Assembly (NCBI GenBank): GCA_007118855.1
Contig: SKQU01000259.1
Coordinates: 1 to 58,732 of the forward strand
From: Spirochaetaceae bacterium
Lineage (GTDB): Bacteria > Spirochaetota > Spirochaetia > DSM-27196 > SLST01
Direction of reading: 5' to 3'
Length of the DNA: 58,732 nucleotides
In this document: piece after piece, positions 54,224 through 58,732 of the stretch
How positions within the stretch are numbered: the first letter of the stretch is position 1
Layout of the letters: every line of letters starts with the position of its first letter
Translations under genes and position numbers: made by a program
The notes under the pieces: generated by a model
Databases searched by the model: none
Seen by the model: the letters and a program-made list of their open reading frames with translations, nothing else
What the model was told of the DNA's origin: nothing

Positions 54224-56316
54224 TGGAAGAAGAGAAGATCATATCCGGCTACGATCCTGCCATCATGCGCCGATTGCTCGGGTATACCCGACCGTATCGG
54301 GTCCTCGTCATCGGCGCGCTCGTCTCACTCGCAATAGCCACGTCGGCGGACCTGCTCCTGCCGGTCGTGATCCAGAGGGCGGTGGACAGGCACCTCGTCG
54401 CCCGCTACACGCGCATTCCCCGTGAGTTCGCAGACCTTGACGAGTTGAGGGAGGTCGATGTCGCTGAGGCGGTCGCCCTCAGCGAGGCCGTGTATGTCCA
54501 GGACGACGAGCTCGTGGCCCTGAGCGGCGTCATGCGGCGACGGCTCGTCGAAGAGGGAATTCTCGAAGAGGTGGGCTACTACGTGTTCCGCTACGACGAC
54601 GCGACCATTCGAGCGTTCGACGGGCGGTTCGAAGAGCTCGCGGTTGATCTGGGAACGCACGACGGCGAGCCCTGGGCGTCGATCCGTGCCGAAGCGCTCA
54701 ACCAGCTTCCTGCGGATGTCCGCCGCGTCGTCAGGGATGCCGACATCGAGGGGCTGCGCAGGACCACGCGACTCTTCCTTGTGCTGCTGGTAAGCGTTCT
54801 CGGCTTCACCTTCAGCCAGCTCTACCTCATGGCGCTCGCGGGGCAGGGCGTAATGAAGGATCTCAGGCTCGAGTTGTTCGACCATACATTGCACCAACGT
54901 CTCGGCCACCTGTCGCAGCACCCGATCGGCAGGCTCGTCACGCGGGTGACCAACGATGCCGAGACCGTGAACCGGCTCTTCACCGAGGTAATCATCAACC
55001 TGATCAGCAATGTCGCGAAGATGGTCGGGTCGATCGCCGCGATCATGCTTCTCAACTGGCGCCTGGGCCTGGTGACGCTCGCCACCCTGCCCCCCGTGCT
55101 GCTGCTCACGCTCTTCTTCCGGGGTCGCGCACGGGAGGCCTTCCGGCGGGTCCGCCTGTACGTGTCCCGGATCAACGCCTACCTCAGCGAACACCTGTCC
55201 GGCATGGCGGTCGTCCAGCTCTTCGCTCGCGAAGCACGGGCGCGCCGGGAGTTCAACGGGAAGAACGACGAGCTGATGCGGGCCAATCTCGGAGAGATGT
55301 ACGTGTTCGCGGTCTTTCGGCCGCTCATCGACCTGCTGAGTTCCACCTCGATCGCGGTGATCGTCTACTTCGGAGCGCACTTCCTGCTCAGAGGACTCGT
55401 GTCACTCGGCGTGCTCATCGCATTCATCAATCTCATCCGTCGCTTCTACCGACCCGTCATGGCGATCTCGGAGCAATTCACGATCGTGCAAAGCGCGATG
55501 GCCGGCAGTGAGCGGGTGTTTGCGATGCTCGACGACACCGATCGCATCCCTGATGAGGGCAGCGTCGACCGCCTGATCTCTGGACAGATCGACTTCGAAC
55601 GGGTCTGGTTCGCGTACAAGGAGGGCGAACCGGTGATCCGCGACCTCTCGTTCTCGATCGAGCCCGGCGAGACGATCGCCGTCGTCGGCTACACGGGAGC
55701 CGGCAAGACCACGATCGCGAACCTGCTCACCCGACTCTGGGACATCGACGAGGGCAGCATCCGGCTCGACGGCGTCGACATAAGGCAGTACCCGCTGCAG
55801 CGGCTGCGCACGATTGTCCAGCCGGTTCAGCAGGACGTCTTCCTGTTCAGCGACACCATACGCAACAATATCACGCTCGGGCTCGACCTGAGCGACGAAC
55901 GCGTCAAGCGCATCGCCCGGATGGTCCAGGCCGACGCATTCATCGAACGCCTGCCGCGGAAGTACGACACCCCGCTCACCGAGGGAGCCACGAACATCTC
56001 GACCGGCGAGCGCCAGCTCCTCTCGTTCGCGCGCATACTGGCGCACGATCCGCGGATCATCATCATGGACGAGGCAACGGCCAACATAGACACCGAGACC
56101 GAACAGCTGATTCAGCACGCCGTACAGACGGTCATGGAGAACCGCACGGCTGTGGTCATCGCCCACCGCCTCTCAACGATCAAGAACGCTGACCGGATAC
56201 TGGTTCTCGCCGAAGGCAGGCTCGTCGAGGAAGGCGCCCATGACCAGCTGATCGCGGCCGGCGGCATCTACTACAATCTCTACCGCCTGCAGTATCAGGA
56301 GTCGCCGCAGACGTAG
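54223..56316 (+). CDS. heterodimeric ABC exporter subunit B (MdlB/YheH-like)
   Basis: TM domain with a large first loop plus NBD (GYTGAGKT, ISTGERQ, MDEATA). Confidence 0.92.
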   Translation: MEEEKIISGYDPAIMRRLLGYTRPYRVLVIGALVSLAIATSADLLLPVVIQRAVDRHLVARYTRIPREFADLDELREVDVAEAVALSEAVYVQDDELVALSGVMRRRLVEEGILEEVGYYVFRYDDATIRAFDGRFEELAVDLGTHDGEPWASIRAEALNQLPADVRRVVRDADIEGLRRTTRLFLVLLVSVLGFTFSQLYLMALAGQGVMKDLRLELFDHTLHQRLGHLSQHPIGRLVTRVTNDAETVNRLFTEVIINLISNVAKMVGSIAAIMLLNWRLGLVTLATLPPVLLLTLFFRGRAREAFRRVRLYVSRINAYLSEHLSGMAVVQLFAREARARREFNGKNDELMRANLGEMYVFAVFRPLIDLLSSTSIAVIVYFGAHFLLRGLVSLGVLIAFINLIRRFYRPVMAISEQFTIVQSAMAGSERVFAMLDDTDRIPDEGSVDRLISGQIDFERVWFAYKEGEPVIRDLSFSIEPGETIAVVGYTGAGKTTIANLLTRLWDIDEGSIRLDGVDIRQYPLQRLRTIVQPVQQDVFLFSDTIRNNITLGLDLSDERVKRIARMVQADAFIERLPRKYDTPLTEGATNISTGERQLLSFARILAHDPRIIIMDEATANIDTETEQLIQHAVQTVMENRTAVVIAHRLSTIKNADRILVLAEGRLVEEGAHDQLIAAGGIYYNLYRLQYQESPQT

Positions 56317-56347
56317 GCGGGGCGGCCGACGGCGGAGATCCCCCTCC

Positions 56348-57262
56348 TCACCGAACCTCCTGATCGGACGCCGGGTCGGCCTCGGCAAGAGGCGTCTCCC
56401 GTATCACCCACCGCTGAGTCCTGGCATCCTGGCAGACGTCCTCAACCGCCACGGTCAAGCTGCGCCCGTCTCCTTCCAGCCGGATCTGCCCGGTCAGCAC
56501 GTTGACCTCGGTGATCCTGAACGAGACATCGTCATGCCGCACACGGGCTCCCACATTCGGCAGGCCGCGCTTCTCCTCCCGGTAGAAGTCATACTCGTAT
56601 TCGAGGCAGCAGAGCAGCCGACCGCAGGGTCCCGAGATCTTCATCGAATTCAGCGAGAGCCCCTGCACCTTGGCCATCTTGATCGAGACCGCCCGCAGCC
56701 GGTCGCTGATGCCGTTACAGCACAGCACGCGGCCGCACACACCGAGCCCGCCCACCATCCGCGACTCGTCCCTGACTCCAATCTGACGCAGCTCGATTCG
56801 CAGGTGGAACTCGGCGACCAGGTCCCTGACGAGATCGCGGAAATCGACGCGCGACTCGGCGGTGAAGAAGAACACCAGGCGCGACTCGTCGAGCACGTAG
56901 TGCGCGCCGACGAGGACCATCGGCAGCCCGTGGCGATCGATCCGCTCGCGGCAGATCACCATCGCCTCGGACGCCCGCTCCTGATTCGCCCGGTAGCGCT
57001 CGAGATCCTCGGGAGCGGCAACGCGCTGGAGCGCGACCAGTTCGCCGTAGCGACCACGATTCTCCTTGGAAACCGGCCCGACGACTCGCGCAAGGTCCCC
57101 GCCGTAACGGGTGGGTACCACCACATGATCGGCGCATGTCAATGATACGCCCGTGCCTACCCGGCACAGAAGCGTCTCCTGGGTCTGCAGAACCCGAACC
57201 AGGACGACGACATCCTCGCCCCCGACGATCTCGAACTTGTGAATGCATGGTGCCTGCACCAT
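56348..57262 (-). CDS. ricT: PSP1/YaaT (RicT) family protein
   Basis: Motifs RVDFRDLV, RIELRQIGVRDE, CGRVLCC, KISGPCGRLLCCLEYE. Start set at ATG 57262. Confidence 0.92.
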   Translation of the reverse strand: MVQAPCIHKFEIVGGEDVVVLVRVLQTQETLLCRVGTGVSLTCADHVVVPTRYGGDLARVVGPVSKENRGRYGELVALQRVAAPEDLERYRANQERASEAMVICRERIDRHGLPMVLVGAHYVLDESRLVFFFTAESRVDFRDLVRDLVAEFHLRIELRQIGVRDESRMVGGLGVCGRVLCCNGISDRLRAVSIKMAKVQGLSLNSMKISGPCGRLLCCLEYEYDFYREEKRGLPNVGARVRHDDVSFRITEVNVLTGQIRLEGDGRSLTVAVEDVCQDARTQRWVIRETPLAEADPASDQEVR

Positions 57263-57272
57263 GGCCCCCCTC

Positions 57273-57749
57273 TCAATGATGGAGATCAACGAGCATGCCG
57301 TTGATCTCGTCGACTCTCGCGAGCAGATCAAGCTGATCCTTCTGCGATGCGATCATCCCGGCAGCGAGCTGCTCGAGCTTCGCGTCTATCACGCGGACCA
57401 GCGCGTACCGCTTCCTTCGCAGAACGTCTGCTCCGGAGGTCCGCTCCTCCACGTCCATCCCCCGATCCACCACCGCCGTGAGAAAAGCCCGGACCGCTTC
57501 ACGGTACGCGGCGAGCGTCGCGCTGTCTGCATGACGTTTGAGCCGGTCACCGGCCTCGAACACCGCGTCAAGAAGCTCCTCGGTCGCCTCGTCGGGTGCA
57601 CCCTCAGCGACCGTAGACGCCTCGGTCCAGGCCGCGCCCTCGAGCTCGGAGTGAAACCGGTTCGCGGCACTGCGTCCGGACCGCCGGGTCGCCTTCCGGT
57701 CTACCTGCCGGCGATAACTGAAGAAGCCGTCTCCGCTTACCCGTTCCAC
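57273..57749 (-). CDS. YaaR family (DUF327) protein
   Basis: GDRL...YREAVRAFL...IDAKLEQL...EINGMLVDL; directly upstream of ricT. Confidence 0.88.
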   Translation of the reverse strand: MERVSGDGFFSYRRQVDRKATRRSGRSAANRFHSELEGAAWTEASTVAEGAPDEATEELLDAVFEAGDRLKRHADSATLAAYREAVRAFLTAVVDRGMDVEERTSGADVLRRKRYALVRVIDAKLEQLAAGMIASQKDQLDLLARVDEINGMLVDLHH

Positions 57750-58276
57750 TCGCCGTCGCCTCCCCGTACGGTCGCAAGGTCGGCCGACGACTCGGCAGCC
57801 GCATCGTGCTGTGCCCCACCGTCATGCGCCGAAGCGCCGGAGGAGGCACCGGCCGCCTCGCGCGTCCGCACGCTCTCGAGAAGCAGGTCTTTCTTCCGTG
57901 CGCGTGAGTCCGGTCGGCCGAGTCGCTCAACCGATCCGGTGATCTCGAACAACCCGGTGAGAAGCACGCCGTCTTCGGCAACCAGACGCGGCGAGCGAAT
58001 CGTGCCGATCACGACCGCAGACGAGAGCAGCACCACCTTCTCTGCCGCAAAGACCTCACCCCGAAAGACCCCCCCGATGACCACGGTGCCCGCTTCTATC
58101 GCGCAGTCGGCGCGCCCGGCCCGCCCGATTATCACGCGCCCGGTCGACTTCAACGAACCGGAGAAATCACCGTCGACGCGCAGTAATCCATCCAGCTCGA
58201 TGTGCCCGCGGAAGAACGTTCCCGGTCCGACGATGGAGTTGATCAGATTCTCTTCAGTAACGCGGCGTGAACCCAT
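57737..58276 (-). CDS. bactofilin with disordered C-terminal tail
   Basis: Motifs NSIVGPGTFFRG, LRVDGDFSG, VVIGGVFRG, GVLLTG. Confidence 0.9.
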   Translation of the reverse strand: MGSRRVTEENLINSIVGPGTFFRGHIELDGLLRVDGDFSGSLKSTGRVIIGRAGRADCAIEAGTVVIGGVFRGEVFAAEKVVLLSSAVVIGTIRSPRLVAEDGVLLTGLFEITGSVERLGRPDSRARKKDLLLESVRTREAAGASSGASAHDGGAQHDAAAESSADLATVRGGDGEWNG

Positions 58277-58277
58277 C

Positions 58278-58732
58278 CTACAACCTGCCTCGTACTCGTC
58301 GATCGAAATCCGGACGGGACAATCTGAGAAAGTAGATGGGATCTATGTTCTCTGTGCCGATCCAGATCTGGAAGTCGACGTGCGTGCCGGTCGACAGGCC
58401 GGTCGTACCCATCGTGCCGATTCGCTGCCCCTGAACGACCTGGTCTCCTTCCCTGACGACGACGTCGGCCAGATGCGCATAGCGTGTGCGAAACCCGTAA
58501 TTGTGATTCAGCTCGACGAACCCGCCGTACCCGCCGGCCCCGTCGAAGCCCGCGCCGGTGACGACTCCGTTCGCCGCCGCGATGACCGGAGTGCCCGGGT
58601 AATAGGAGATCTGGATTCCCTTGTGCATGTGCCAGGTACCCTTGATCGGGTTGATATTGGGACCGAACTCCATCGTGACGTGTCCGAGAGCGTTCTGCAC
58701 CGGCCAGAGATTCGGGATGTCGCTGAGCAACT
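58278..58732 (-). CDS. M23 family peptidase, C-terminal part (5' end outside window)
   Basis: IPNLWPV, HKGIQ, YAHL, MGTTGLSTGTHVDF; the ORF runs off the window edge. Confidence 0.88.
   Translation of the reverse strand, partial: LLSDIPNLWPVQNALGHVTMEFGPNINPIKGTWHMHKGIQISYYPGTPVIAAANGVVTGAGFDGAGGYGGFVELNHNYGFRTRYAHLADVVVREGDQVVQGQRIGTMGTTGLSTGTHVDFQIWIGTENIDPIYFLRLSRPDFDRRVRGRL

Overview
GC-rich core chromosome, almost certainly from a spirochaete (Spirochaetaceae-like). Supporting markers: a P83/100-family protein, fused PyrBI, alpha2-type GlyRS, a TPR/NHL flagellar-collar-like protein, and the gene orders flgF-flgG-flgJ-rpoS, gltX-glyS-tyrS and rpsT-hbb-...-rho-rpmE. The window holds about 56 CDS, three tRNA genes (one truncated by the window edge), several clear sigma70 promoters, one consensus sigma54 promoter and one likely sigma28 promoter. 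I saw no IS, prophage, integrase or CRISPR array. Best leads: (1) an unannotated ~100-nt structured RNA at 14515-14614 with a CU-rich anti-Shine-Dalgarno loop and its own terminator; (2) a minimal ParB-type CTPase with a C-terminal amphipathic helix encoded directly behind PBP1A; (3) a consensus -24/-12 promoter before an RpoS-like sigma gene, resembling the Borrelia RpoN-RpoS relay; (4) an aat gene whose conserved N-terminus lacks a canonical start codon at the clpA stop; (5) apparently leaderless envelope genes; (6) degenerate GalK-like and HD-GYP proteins; (7) a possible leader peptide coupled to rho. All calls come from reading motifs by eye; no searches were run. Comparisons with Borrelia and Treponema are recalled knowledge and need checking.
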